Assembly: GCF_009914755.1 (NCBI RefSeq) | Contig: NC_060926.1 | Direction: 5' to 3' (one strand) | Source of the DNA: the human T2T-CHM13v2.0 reference genome, Homo sapiens | Length of the DNA stretch: 64,000 nt | Part shown: in pieces, positions 10,599-23,015 of the stretch | Layout: each line of letters opens with the position of its first letter | Numbering within the stretch: the stretch's first letter is position 1 | The notes under the pieces: generated by a model | What the model was told of the DNA's origin: nothing | Seen by the model: the letters and a program-made list of their open reading frames with translations, nothing else | The model's database searches: none | Position numbers and translations under genes: made by a program

Positions 10599-11110
10599 TG
10601 TTACTGAAATGCCAGGGATTCAGTGAAGACCCTGCAGCTTACCCCACAGAAAGCCAATCACTAAGACAACAAGCATTGCCAAGGAACAGGCTTTAATCAG
10701 GTGCTGCAGCCGAGGAGATGCGATACCATTCTCAAATGTATCTCCCTGACCAACTGAAATTAGGAGTTTATATAGCAGGGAAGAAATGTGGGAAAACAGG
10801 AATTAGGGAGGGGTAAGGAAGATAATTTGGTCAACAGGAAGCAGGAGGTCAGTGAGGCAATCATAATGGGTGAAGGTTCTGATGTCTCACTGTCCCAATT
10901 CAGTGATATGTAAGTTTCAGCTCCTTGATAGTATCTGGGAGGCCTGTTCATTGGTTTACTGAAAAAACAAACAAACAAACAAACAAACAAACAAAAAACT
11001 CAGATAAGACAGATGTAACTATCTTGAGTTTTAAGACTGGGGGAGTCAATTTCTATGTTTATACAAAAAAACATAAACATTAGTTCCATGGGATAATAGG
11101 GCCTATTACA
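10599..11110 (-). mobile_element. ERV1-class solo LTR (paralog of 4823-5302)
   Basis: Collinear with 4823-5302; carries an (AAAC)n expansion at ~10965-10997. Confidence 0.55.
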
Positions 11111-12599
11111 ATTGCATTCTAGAAACAATATTTTGCACCCTGAGTGCCTTTCCCCACTGGTTTCTTTGCTCTGTTGGGTATGACAAGAATGACCAAATTC
11201 CTAAGATTAAGTTTCCCACTACAACCTTTCAAAGCCAAGGATATAGTAGTCATGAAAGCTGATATTAGAAGCAGGAATCTCTGATCCTCCCTCAGGCAAC
11301 AGAATGCATCTTCCTCTGAAGTATGGGCTTTCTAACCATATGGTCCTCAGTCCTGTCTGGAAGCTTAGGGGTGGGGGTGCTGATGCTCTCAGCTTCCTAC
11401 AGCATCTTTCCAGGTGTTTCTCTAGTCCTCATCTCTGTCCCTGTGTCTGTCTTAGGTACCAATGGAGAATATTGAGACATCCTTTTCGGACTTCCAAATC
11501 TCATGGGAGGACTTCTTATTGGGCAACTCTATAAGAAACAAGAGAGACAAAATGAGAATTTATGTAAGTTAAAATGATTTTCCCCCATGAGGCCATTTAA
11601 ATAAATTATACTTAAAGCCACATGTTGAAAACACATCCAGCTTTATTTTCTTATTAATGCAAATTTACATTTGCAAATATTTTCAATATTGTAAAGGTTG
11701 AAAACATAATTATTTGTCCATGGAATGATCAAACACCTCTATAATTAAATGGAGTAAACATTTTCTTAAAAATTTGTACTCACTGAAATAAAGCAATATA
11801 TTTGAAATGTGTGAAGCTATGTTAGAAATTATTGGACTTAAACTCAACCTGTGCAGTTTGGTTTGGGATGTTGTTCACTCTTGTGACCTGCCAGAAGAAT
11901 CTTGAGTCATGGGTAGTCACTGCTGTTCAGCCTTGTCCTCAGACAGTTGATATGTGTAGGCTGAAGACGAGCTCAGTGCCATGCAGAGAAACCACTCACC
12001 TGAACCCTTCCTTGATCAGCCAGATTACTGTGAACGTGAGCATCCATGAACATGAAAACAAATGTTTACTATTTTCTGTCACTGAGTTGTGTATTTAGCC
12101 AGTTACCAATCATTAATGCATAAAAGCTTCCTGATACAGTATTTACACCTCTACCTATATATACACACGTATTTTTTCTTAAATTAGTGGCATAAATGTA
12201 AATATTTAGTAATCAAATTATAAACTTAGAAAATTAATGACAAAATTAAAACTAATATTTCAATAAAAAATTAAAATTTACCATATTTATGGGAAAATGT
12301 GCATACATGTATGTAAGATACATACAAGTCAATATATTATTTGATAAAATGTTGGCTATATATATAGTACTCATACTTAAGTGTGTTTATTCTATTATAT
12401 ATGCAATATATGCCTATTTGTAAAATTATTATCTAAATTGAATACATTTAAATAATTTTTGTTACATTCCATAAAAAATTGTATTCTGGACCACACATAG
12501 TTCATACTCTTGCTATGGAAAATTTATTTGTAGCCTTTATTTTTAAAACTCTACCAAATGATTGTCCTTGTCCGAAAATATTTTCCAACCCAGTAGAGC

Positions 12600-14526
12600 T
12601 CCAAGGGTAGGACTAGAAGAAATTTTGACTAATGTTGAATATTAATCATTGCATCCTATGAAAGTCTCCATTATGTTCATGCCCACAATGATGATATGCC
12701 AAATAGAGTTCTCACAACAATGGATGCTGGATGGAGTCACATCAGTGCCATTGTCAAGGAAGCCCTGGAAATGTAAAAATCAAAACAGTGGGTAAACTGC
12801 AAGGCCAACGTCTGATGATCACATTGCAAAGAGAATAACATTTTAATAATATTGGCTGTTGGTTTTGACAGATCATCAGACCTTAAAAGAAATGCAACAG
12901 GATGATTACAGACAAAGTCATTGTGGAAGAGCTATGACTAGATGTTTTTAAAATGAGCCATAATCCAAAAAAAAAAAAATGCTTTCCAAGTGGATGCTAA
13001 TCGAAATGCCATTAATGAGCAGGGGCTTTTAATAATGAGAATGATTCAACACATGGGCTTCAGTCAGTCATCTTTCCCAGCTTTCCCTGGGAGTCTCATG
13101 AACCAATGTTATGGAGGTCTCTGTGGGGACTCAATAATTTGAGTTTCCCCCAACCGAGATTTAGAGTGCTACTGGCTCTTCTGAACACCTAATTTGCCAA
13201 GAAGAATGACCCCTCCTGAACCCTTCACATTGTATCACACATCAGGGCTCAGACTAACATCTGATGTCAGGTGATTCTAGTGTCACTGGGTGCACCAGAC
13301 TCAGATTTTGGACACAAAATTTCCTGAAGCAGCCAACAGTTGTGCCTCTTTTGAATGGCAGCTCCTTGCTTGCTGTAGGAAACTGATAGGGGCTGAGTAT
13401 CTCAGAGCTAGAGCACCAGGCAGGACGCTGCGACCTTAACTAACCATTCTCACTTTGGTACCTACAAACACAATCAATAAAACTGGACAGGCCCAACAGA
13501 TCCAAATCATTAAATGGAAATGATACAGTCAGAATCAGCCCTAACCAGGATCCCACAGGACCCATGTGCCCCATGAATAAATGGCAAGCTTGCTAGAAGG
13601 GAAGAAATGGCCCATAGGGGACAATTTAGCTTCTCCTTTGGCCACATAGAGCCAAAGATTCAGAGACATGCCTGTGTCAGTATGGCATTGGGCCCTGATG
13701 ATTGTACAAAACACATGCCAGTGGATCCACTGGGTGCAGCCACCATCCAGCCAGGGGATGGCATCTTTTGACTGACACTGAACATGGCCATTCTGCCCAA
13801 TGGGACAAACTACATGAAATGATAGTAGCCATGCAGGCTGCCCCCAACACTATATTTTGCTCCATTTCCACTAAATCATGGGCCATTGCCAACAGCCCAG
13901 CTGTCTGGTCAGGAAAATAGCAACTGAGTGACTGAACTATTAAAGGATCTCATGAGTGGAGAAAAGGACTATGGCAATAGCTTGCTTCCTGGACAGCTAA
14001 ATATATGTCACTCTATTAGATGCTGGGGCTACCATGGCCACCCTTCAGAGGAATTTATGTCATGTTTTTGGATATTCCATGAGACTTCACTCTGACCAAG
14101 AAACAGCCTCACTGACCAATCAACATAACAATGGGCACACTCTCATGGAAACCAATGGACTTTCCATGCAATTACCAACACCCAACACTGGCTGCTGTAC
14201 CTGGATAAACACCTCAGATATCCTAGAAATACAAGTAGGGGTGATCATAAAGCAGGCTCACTGGCTGCAGACAATAGGACATCAAAAGATCCCCCTTTCA
14301 CCTCTTAACATCTTAGTCACTGCTTGGGGAGTTTTATCCTCCTACCAGTGGTACTAGCTTTTCATGGCCCAGTGAAATGTACTCTCACTATGGCTTCATA
14401 ATCTGCATTGAGATTGTGTAAGTCAAGGTGCTTCATCAATCTGAAAACATAAACCTCTGCCTCCAGTTCAGGGGAAGTTGGTGGGCATATGAAGTATGCT
14501 AGCTTTGCTAAGGGGGATGGGATAAC
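12600..14526 (+). mobile_element. Degenerate ERVL/class III-type internal sequence (pol remnants, env TM fragment)
   Basis: RNase H-like HSAQWDKLH...TKSWAIAN, integrase-like LHSDQ, TM-like CCTWINTS...KQAHWLQ, and a purine tract before the LTR; left boundary approximate. Confidence 0.6.
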
Positions 14527-15000
14527 TGCAAGACCGTTCTGCAATGACCCTGGACTGACTTAGTTCTCTCCACTTTCTTGCTTATTTTAAGAGTTCTCAA
14601 GTACAATTGCAGAACGTGCTGGAATTGTAACATCCTGAGATAGACAGGAACCGAGCAGAACAACCTACCTGTCCTCTATACCAGTTTCCCATAGAATAGA
14701 ATGTCCATTAGCACTTCAGCCCTGTGTGTCTTTTTACCCCAGGATACAAAACCCAGAGTGGCTGCTTTCCTGGGTTCCTGCACTGTGGTGTATGTGGGGT
14801 ACACATATTCAACTCCATCAGCTCCACATAGCTTTCCTGTGTCTTGGGGGACTGACCCATAATGAGTCCAAGACTTTTGTGTTCCCTTGCTGCTTATCTG
14901 TAATAATAAACCCACTTCATGTAACTTGCTGTGGGGGGTGTTCTCTTCCCCCACGCTCAAGTACGTTGGTAACCAGTGCACAGTGAAGTTGCTTCAAACA
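14527..15000 (+). mobile_element. LTR47-like 3' LTR
   Basis: tgcaatgaccctggac...gtgctggaattgtaacatcctgagat...AATAAA...ttggtaaccagtgcacagtgaa; paralog at 34018-34489. Confidence 0.65.
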
Positions 15001-15344
15001 TGTCATTGACATAAAGACAGAACTGCAATGGAGGTTTCTGGAGGTAGGGATAGAGAAAATGGGTGGAGTATTGTTTAAGGGGTATACATATTAATTTTTA
15101 TAAGATGAAAAGATTTTTACTGATTGTGTCAGTAATAATGGCAGAATATGTGAATATACTTAATGCCACTTCTCTGTACTCTCAAGTATGGTTAAGATAG
15201 ACAATCTTATATTCTCTGTATTTACTGTAGTTAAATAACTAACGTCTTTATTATAGTATTGTTAGCTCAGAAGATATTGCTTTATTTTCTAATTTTCTGA
15301 GCAAATGTTCATAAATAATCACTTTGTGATGACATTGTTCACAA

Positions 15345-15346
<2 letters not shown>

Positions 15347-15376
<30 letters not shown>

Positions 15377-15501
15377 GTAGACATGGGGTCTCCCTATGTT
15401 GCCCAGGCTTGCATCAAATTCTTGGTCTTACATGATCCTGATCCTTTCTCCTTGGTCACTGAAAGTGCTCAGATTACAGGTGTGAGCCCGAGCACCTGGC
15501 C
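15347..15501 (-). mobile_element. FLAM/Alu monomer with a (TG)14 microsatellite at its tail
   Basis: (TG)n 15347-15374, then tgtagacatggggtctccctatgttgcccaggct...cacctggcc. Confidence 0.75.
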
Positions 15502-16169
15502 AGAAGAAACAGTTTATAAGACATTTCATAGGGAACTTCTTCAAAACGTATATTTCATTGCAGCCACATCCAAAGCCAATCTCCTAAGCCATGTTTCTGT
15601 ACACAAGTGCACTTCTCCCTCTGTGATGTCACATCCCCTCAGCATGAAGTAACACAGACACATAGGAGAACAAGGCAAGGAGTCAACCCAACTTTATGAG
15701 TGGAAATCACTGCAAAGATCTGGCATTAATAGGGTTTAGGTGTAGCAGCACTTCTCCACTAGCAAAACACTCTGATTTGTCTTCCTGGATTGTTTTCTCA
15801 AAGGTTTCCTAATATTTAATGCTAAAGCTGAGATTAGAAGCTTTTTATCCTGAGTCTAATTGAATGCTATTTCACTCAAAATGTATTGCCTTATGGAGTA
15901 TGATAATAAATATTGAATAATGCCTGTTACTACTACCAACAGTCCCTTTAGATCTCCTCTTATCATCCTAAATATCATGACTTAGGAAAAGTGTTTGAAA
16001 GGGGGTTTAGACAATATTGATCCTGTTTTCAATATCCTAATACAAGTCAAACACCCACAAAAGTCAAGAGAATTGTAAGGAAAACATGACTTAATGATGA
16101 TTAGCCATTCTGGTCACTGTTGAGTGAAGATTAAGAAAAATTCTTAAAAACAAGTAGCTGAAACATTGA

Positions 16170-16770
16170 GAACGCTCATCAATTCTGGGCTGAGATGTAA
16201 AATGGTACAACTACTTTGGAAAACAGTTTGGCGGAGTATTAAACACTTGCTGTAAGACCCAGTAACTGCACTCCTGGGTATTTGCCTAAAAGAAATAAAG
16301 AAATATTCATACAAAGCCATGTATAATACCATTCATGGTAGCTTTATCCATAATAGCCCAAAGTGGAAACAACCCACATATCTATCAGCAGGTGGTGGGA
16401 TACATTGTGAAATTACTACACAGTTAAATAGTACCCAAAAGTGAAGAGTAACACATCATGAGGACACAGGGCGACATGAATGAGCCTAGGAAACAATTAT
16501 GCTGCATGAAAGTCACCAGCCACGAAAGAACACGTGCTATATTCCATTTATGTAAAATTCTTAAAAAGAAAGTTAAATCTATACTAACAATAAGCTGACC
16601 AAGGATGGTCTGTTCTGTGAGGTGGAAAGCAAGTTGATTCCTGAAGAGCAGGACAAAACTTTCTGGAGTTATAGAAATGTGTGTGTATTGATTTTGGAGG
16701 CATTTACATGAGTGTACTTGTTCAACAGTACATTTAAAATCAGAGTATTTGATTGGAATCATTTTTTTTC
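16170..16770 (+). mobile_element. Old L1M 3' fragment (paralog ~35650-36280)
   Basis: aaaatggtacaactactttggaaaacagtttggc...actcctgggtatttgcc are L1 ORF2 3' motifs. Confidence 0.6.
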
Positions 16771-17495
16771 AATAAAATTGGTTAACAGTGAATAGTGAGT
16801 AATTGCAAATCCAATTAGGTAATGTTGTCTTCACATCTTTTATTCTTGCAGTGTACTGAAAGCTACATGAGCCAAAAGTTATTTCTGGTAGATAATCTCA
16901 GCCTGACACTAAAGAACTGCGTATCTTCTAGCAAGAGCTCACTTTTCTAGGTATTTTTGGATTTTTCCAAGAATTTAAATGTGTTTCATAGGTTAAATCA
17001 AAACAGTAGGCTTTTAATACACATTTCTTATTTATATCAACTAAAAGTCTAAGTAATAAAAAGTTATTAAAAATTGGAAAATATTTAAATGCAAGGAAAT
17101 GTTTTTTAAGTTAGGGAAAGAGATCCAACATACCTTATAGTTCATATACATTTTTCAGAAATTAAAATTACCTATCAAGAGTTCTTATCATAAAAACTGT
17201 AACACTTTTTACAACGTGTGTTCACTAAATGTGTAGATACACAGATGGATTCCATTTTTTTCTTATGATTTTTGTGTCTATGTTCATAAGAGATACCAGC
17301 CTTTAATATCCTTTTTTTGTTATGTCCTCATTAATTTTTGGACTGGAGGACATTATGACCTCCTATAATAATTCTGAGTATTTTTTTATTCCCTTGAAAG
17401 TTTGTGTAATTTTGATAAGTACCATGTCACTAACCACCAAATAAAATTTGGAGTTTTTTCTGGGTAACTTGTTATTACAGATTTCTTGTTACTTT

Positions 17496-19138
17496 TGAGG
17501 TAAGAGGTAGGCAGGACTTCACTCTGGACCAGATGTGAGGCTGGCCAAAACAGGAATAGGATTCTGAAAACACTTCTCCGTAAGACATACCCACCAGTAC
17601 CATGACAGTTTACCATTGCCATAGCAACATCCAGAAGTCGCAGCGCCTTGCCATGGCAACACCTGGAAATTGCTGCCCTGCCATGGCAACACCCAGAAGT
17701 TGGGGCAACACGACCCATTTTCGAGCTATTTCTCGATAACCCACCCCTTAATTATCACATGATTAAAAGTGGGTATAAATGTGACTGTAAAACTGCACCT
17801 GGCTGCTACTCTTGGCCCTCTGCCTATGAATTATGCCTGCTCCACAGGCTTAGTCACAGAGCTGTAACACTGCTGCCCCATCAATAAAGCTGTTTTATTC
17901 AATCACCGGCTTACTCTAACGTTCTTTCCTGAGCAAAGCCAAGAACTTGCCTTGCATCAGGATTAAGCCAGCCACTCAACTCTAGAGATGGTGAGAGGCA
18001 GCGTTTGATGTGGCAGTGAGACAGCAGAAACAGCAGAGAAAGCAAGACAACAAGAGACAGCAAGAGATGGGATTTTGTGAGAAGATGGACATAGCGGTCA
18101 GCAATGAGCAGGACAGCTATTGGAGAATTGGGAAGACAGAGATCAGTGAAAGAGGGTGAGACGGTGATCAGTGCTACAGCGATCAAAGCTACAGAGTTGC
18201 TAACATTGCAGAGCTGTTAACACTAGCCAAAGGCTGTTTTAAGAGCCATCATCTTTCCTGACAGGCGGTGGAGCCCTGGGGATGGGCAAGTGGTCACAGA
18301 GCCACTGCTTCATGCAGGCCAGCCGCTCCGTGCTCCAGTTCCTCCGTAGGAGCCCAACCCACCCAAGCTGGGGAGCCTGGAGAGATCTTCACGCAGGCCC
18401 CACGTTAGAGACTGCTTGGCACCATTTTGGCTCCTGCACACCTGTAAGTGTCCCCTCTGCCCACCTGCCCTATATTGGAAGATCCAGGGAATAAGGCCTT
18501 TGACTCCATAGTCCATTTGAAGTCCTCCATAGCACACCTGACTACATCCTCCTTGCTCCTTCTCTTAGTCATTTCTCCTCTAATGCCATTTTATTTATCC
18601 ATCAGCCATTTTATTTTATTTTCTGCCCTGATATATGTGTTTGCTTTGCAGTTTTGGCTTTGGCTCCCTGCTAATTGTGTTTGTGCAATTGTTTAAGGCA
18701 GGACACTTGGATGTAAGAATTCTCCTGTTCTGTTGGCCATAAGAAGCCAGAGTCACATTGTTCTGTGGTCCCAATCAGGCCTTTGGGGCTCACTGTTGGC
18801 CACCCCACTGAGGCTCCAGGATTTTCTGCACTGGTCAGCCCCTGGATATTCCAGGGTTTCCTGGCATTTGGTGTGGGGACACTCATAGGCTGATACTCGG
18901 GTACTCTGGGTTTTCAGCATTTAGTATTTTTGGCCACTCCCTGGATGCTCCAGGGTTTTCAGCATTGACATTCCTCCTAGGATTGTGGATTGGAGGCTTA
19001 CCTTATGAGAATCTTGGTTTGCCTTTTCTTGTTTTCTGCCCTAAAGTTACCATTTTTCATAATGGCATTTTGTTTTCTTGTTGTCACTTTATTTATGTTT
19101 TTTCTTCTACACTTTACTAAATGAAAATACTGCTTTAA
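17496..19138 (+). mobile_element. MER66-like ERV1 5' LTR (17496-17959) plus 5' internal leader
   Basis: TG...CA LTR with TATAAA and AATAAA; absent from the paralogous site at ~37025. Confidence 0.6.
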
Positions 19139-19375
19139 GGCCGGGCACAGTGGCTCACACCTGTAATCCCAGCACTTTCGGAGGCTGAGGTGGGCAGATT
19201 GTTTGAGGTCAGGAGTTCAAGACCAGCCTGACCAACATGGTGAAACCATGTCTCTACTAAAAATGCAAAAAAAAAAAAAGGGGGGCCATAAGTGGTGGTA
19301 CACGCCTCTAATCCCAGCTACTTGGGAGGCTGAGTCACAAGAATTGCTTGAACCCAGGAGGTGAAGATTGCACCA
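19139..19375 (+). mobile_element. Alu (AluS-like), 3' end deleted
   Basis: ggccgggcacagtggctcacacctgtaatcccagc... ends abruptly at gattgcacca. Confidence 0.9.
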
Positions 19376-19826
19376 CTTTTCTCAAGTTAGTAGCCAAAAA
19401 GTTACTCATTTAGCCTCTCTTTAGTTTTTTACTCTAATAGGCTGTGTAATGACTTTCTCCTTTCCATTTACAATATTATGTTTTGTGTCCTTTTTTCTTT
19501 CCCTCTTCCTATACACCCTTCATCAAGTAGACACAAGTTTCAATTCAATTCTTTCTTGGGGGTAGTATGGCTCATGAGAAATGCAGACTCTTCTGGGTTT
19601 AAGGCCATTCGCCATTTTTATATGTAATACTGTGGAATGTATTGTGACATAATCCTCTGCTTCACAAACTGATCACTGTCAAACATCATCTCCCAAGCAA
19701 TACAGAATTTTTCTGTTCCTCACTGGTATAATTCACATAGGAGTAGAAATCTCAAGTTTAAATTGTGGATTTGCACCTTACCACTTGCTGTATTCAAGAA
19801 GATGAATAATAGTAATACATCAGTAG

Positions 19827-20120
19827 GGCCAGGCACAGTGGCTCATGTTTGTAATCCCAGAACTTTGGGAGACCGAGGCGGGCAGATCACCAGAGGTCAG
19901 GAGTTCGAGACCAGCCTGACCAACATGGCAAAACTCCGTCTCTACTAAAAACACAAAATTTAGCTGGGTGTGATGGCACACGCCTGTAATCCCAGCTGCT
20001 TGGGAGGCTGAGGGAGGAGAATCGCTTGAACCTGGGAAACGGAGTGAGCCAAGATCATGCAACTGCACTCCAGCCTGGGTGACAGAGCAAGACTCCATCT
20101 CAACAACAACAACAAAAAAA
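19827..20120 (+). mobile_element. Alu (AluS-like), TSD atcagtag
   Basis: Full dimer with a (CAA)n/A tail and flanking direct repeats. Confidence 0.92.
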
Positions 20121-20134
20121 TCAGTAGCTTTGAA

Positions 20135-20146
20135 TTTTTTTTATAT

Positions 20147-20185
<39 letters not shown>

Positions 20186-20394
20186 TTTTTGAGACAGAGT
20201 CTCGCTCTGTCACCCAGGCTGGAGTGCAGTGGCGCGATCTCGCTCATTGCAAGCCCTGCCTCCCGGGTTCATGCCATTCTCCTGCCTCAGCCTCCCAAGT
20301 AGCTGGGGCTACAGGTGCCCGCCAGCACGCCCAGCTAATTTTTTGTATTTTCAGTAGAGACGGGGTTTCACCGTGTTAGCCAGGATGGTCTTGA
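20135..20394 (-). mobile_element. 5'-truncated AluY-like element, TSD tagctttgaatttt
   Basis: AluY-type cgtgttagccaggatggtc and gggttcatgccattctcc; (ATTT)n tail; TSD at 20125 and 20395. Confidence 0.9.
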
Positions 20395-22338
20395 TAGCTT
20401 TGAATTTTAAACATCTATTTGACAAGAAATTTACAGTTCCTTCTCTCTAAAATAATGTAATGATTCTCTCAGGAGTGAGCCTGGTTTGATGCCTCTCTCC
20501 CCAACACGATAGAAGTGTGGCACAAATCTTTGAAAAATTCAGTTTCCCCGTGGCAACAACAACTACCTGGGACTGAAAACTTCTTCTCTCGCTCTAGTCC
20601 TTTCTTCTACACCCACTTCCACCTCATCTGTGACTCATACAATACTTGTCAGGAAAGATTCTGGAAAAAGCAAAGAGACTTCCTTAGAGGTGTCAGAGAT
20701 TCCTGTACCAGCATCTGTCCATCTCTAGAGGGGGTTGTAAGTATGAGGAAGAGCAGAGCTTGTCAATCTTCTACTTGCTTTCACTCCCACTGTATTTCCT
20801 AACAACAGCAACCACAGCAACAGCCATAACATCACAGGACAAACCTCTACTACTTCCAAGGCTTTTATTTCAGTAAATCTGCTCTACCTCTATCTCAGGC
20901 AGCTAGAAGTTTTGATACTCATACAAATACTACTGCAGCTTTCTGTTCATAATTGGAAAAGTAGACAAGACTCAGTGTAATGCAGGCATTCCTTATGCCA
21001 GTCAGCATTCAGTTTTTGGATCATCATTGCACACATATACACACCATGTGCCTAATATATATGTAAAAATCCATGAAGCAAGAGTCATAATAGCTAGCAT
21101 TTGATACTGTATTGTATTTTCCTCTTATATCATCTTCTCCTTTTCGTCCTTAAAAAAAATCTGTTCAAGTCAGTCTAAATTAATTATTGGATGACAAGTA
21201 GATAAAATCTTTTATTTCATAACACATTGACCCAATGAATATGTTTCTTTGCAAGACATAGTCCTCACTTCCAAGATAACAAGCCTGACAAAATTATACT
21301 GGAGCAAGTCCACAAGTAATGATGGTAGCTTTTCCTTATTGTCAGTCCTGGGGCAAAAGTAAGACAAAAGATAACAAGGTAGAATAAAGATTATGTAAGA
21401 AAGAAGGACAGCAGCAGGACATGGGAAACTTCCATAGGGTAACATTTTGATAATGGATGATGAGAATTAATGCGTTAGACAGAGATGGGCGGGAATGATT
21501 GAAGGTCTGAGCATTTTAGTACAGATTAAGACCAAATCATTAGGATTTTAAGAGATGTGTACAGTTGGTGAAGAAAAAGCCCTAGAATTTAATTTGACTG
21601 TTGATAAAACATTCTTGGATTAGACTGAAGACTCTTTTCTGTGCTAAGTAAGTATATTTATGATAATGATGATGACTGTAGTGCTAAATATTTAATCAAT
21701 AAAAACAAAATTAACTGCCGCATACATAATGTCCTGAATACTATTGTAAATGTTTTATCTTATTTTCTTTAAACTGTCTACAGCACTGTAAGGTAGGCAC
21801 CAGTATTGTCACAGTTACACAGATATGGAAACTGAGACATAGGGAAGTTAAGTTACTTGATCAATTGCAAGCAATCGGCAAGCCATGGAGCATCTATGTC
21901 AGGGCTGCCAGGACATGTGACTGTAAACAGAAGTTTTTCACTTTTTAACTCAAAGAGGGTATGTGTCTGGGTTAATGGAAAGCTTCAGGACCCTCAGAAA
22001 ACATTACTAACAAGCAAATGAAAGGTGTATCTGGAAGATTAAGTTCTAACAGACTCTTCATTTCCATCGATCCAATAATGCACTTAGGGAGATGACTGGG
22101 CATATTGAGGATAGGAAGACAGAAATGAAAACACAGCCTTTTATATTGTTCTTAACAGGCTTGTGCCAAACATCATCTGGGTGAATTTAGGTGATTGAGG
22201 AGAAGAAAGACATAGGAATGAAATTCTCTGAGCACAAGGGAGGAGTTCTACACTCAGACTGAGCCAACAGACTTTTCTGGCCTGACAACCAGGGCGGCGC
22301 AGGATGCTCAGTGCAGAGAGGAAGAAACAGGTGGTCTC

Positions 22339-22418
22339 TGCAGCTGGAAGCTCAGCTCCCACCCCAGCTGCTTTGCATGTCCCTCCCAGCTGCCCTACCT
22401 TCCAGAGCCCATATCAAT
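22339..22418 (+). promoter_or_regulatory. V-kappa-3 promoter with variant octamer
   Basis: tgcagctggaag at 22339, CTTTGCAT 22371-22378, atatcaat 22411-22418. Confidence 0.8.
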
Positions 22419-22471
22419 GCCTGGGTCAGAGCTCTGGGGAGGAACTGCTCAGTTAGGACCCAGACGGAACC

Positions 22472-22987
22472 ATGGAAGCCCCAGCGCAGCTTCTCTTCCT
22501 CCTGCTACTCTGGCTCCCAGGTGAGGGGAATATGAGGTGGTTTTGCACATCAGTGAAAACTCCTGCCACCTCTGCTCAGCAAGAAATATAATTAAAATTC
22601 AAAATAGATCAACAATTTTGGCTCTACTCAAAGACAGTGGGTTTGATTTTGATTACATGAGTGCATTTCTGTTTTATTTCCAATTTCAGATACCACCGGA
22701 GAAATTGTGTTGACACAGTCTCCAGCCACCCTGTCTTTGTCTCCAGGGGAAAGAGCCACCCTCTCCTGCAGGGCCAGTCAGAGTGTTAGCAGCTACTTAG
22801 CCTGGTACCAGCAGAAACCTGGCCAGGCTCCCAGGCTCCTCATCTATGATGCATCCAACAGGGCCACTGGCATCCCAGCCAGGTTCAGTGGCAGTGGGCC
22901 TGGGACAGACTTCACTCTCACCATCAGCAGCCTAGAGCCTGAAGATTTTGCAGTTTATTACTGTCAGCAGCGTAGCAACTGGCATCC
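22472..22987 (+). CDS. IGKV3D-11: Immunoglobulin kappa variable 3D-11 (intact)
   Basis: Leader exon 22472-22520 ([16 protein letters not shown]), intron 22521-22689, V exon 22690-22987: [10 protein letters not shown]...QSVSSYLA...DASNRAT...SGSGPGTDF...[11 protein letters not shown] and NWH distinguish it from IGKV3-11. Confidence 0.95.
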
Positions 22988-23015
22988 CACAGTGATTCCA
23001 CATGAAACAAAAACC
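22988..23015 (+). other. 12-RSS of IGKV3D-11 (consensus)
   Basis: CACAGTG + attccacatgaa + ACAAAAACC. Confidence 0.97.

Larger units (their letters stand above)
5612..13283 (+). repeat. Duplication unit B (carries IGKV1D-12), paralogous to 55135-63443
   Basis: Collinear similarity from the truncated MER61 LTR to ggtgattctagtg (13283) / ggtgatactagtg (63443). Confidence 0.9.

Noticed and set aside
14979-15006. CACAGTG at the end of the LTR47-like elements (also 34471)
   Set aside because: Part of the LTR sequence; no credible nonamer at 12 or 23 bp.
19820-20302. ORFs of 81-92 aa
   Set aside because: Alu-derived translations.
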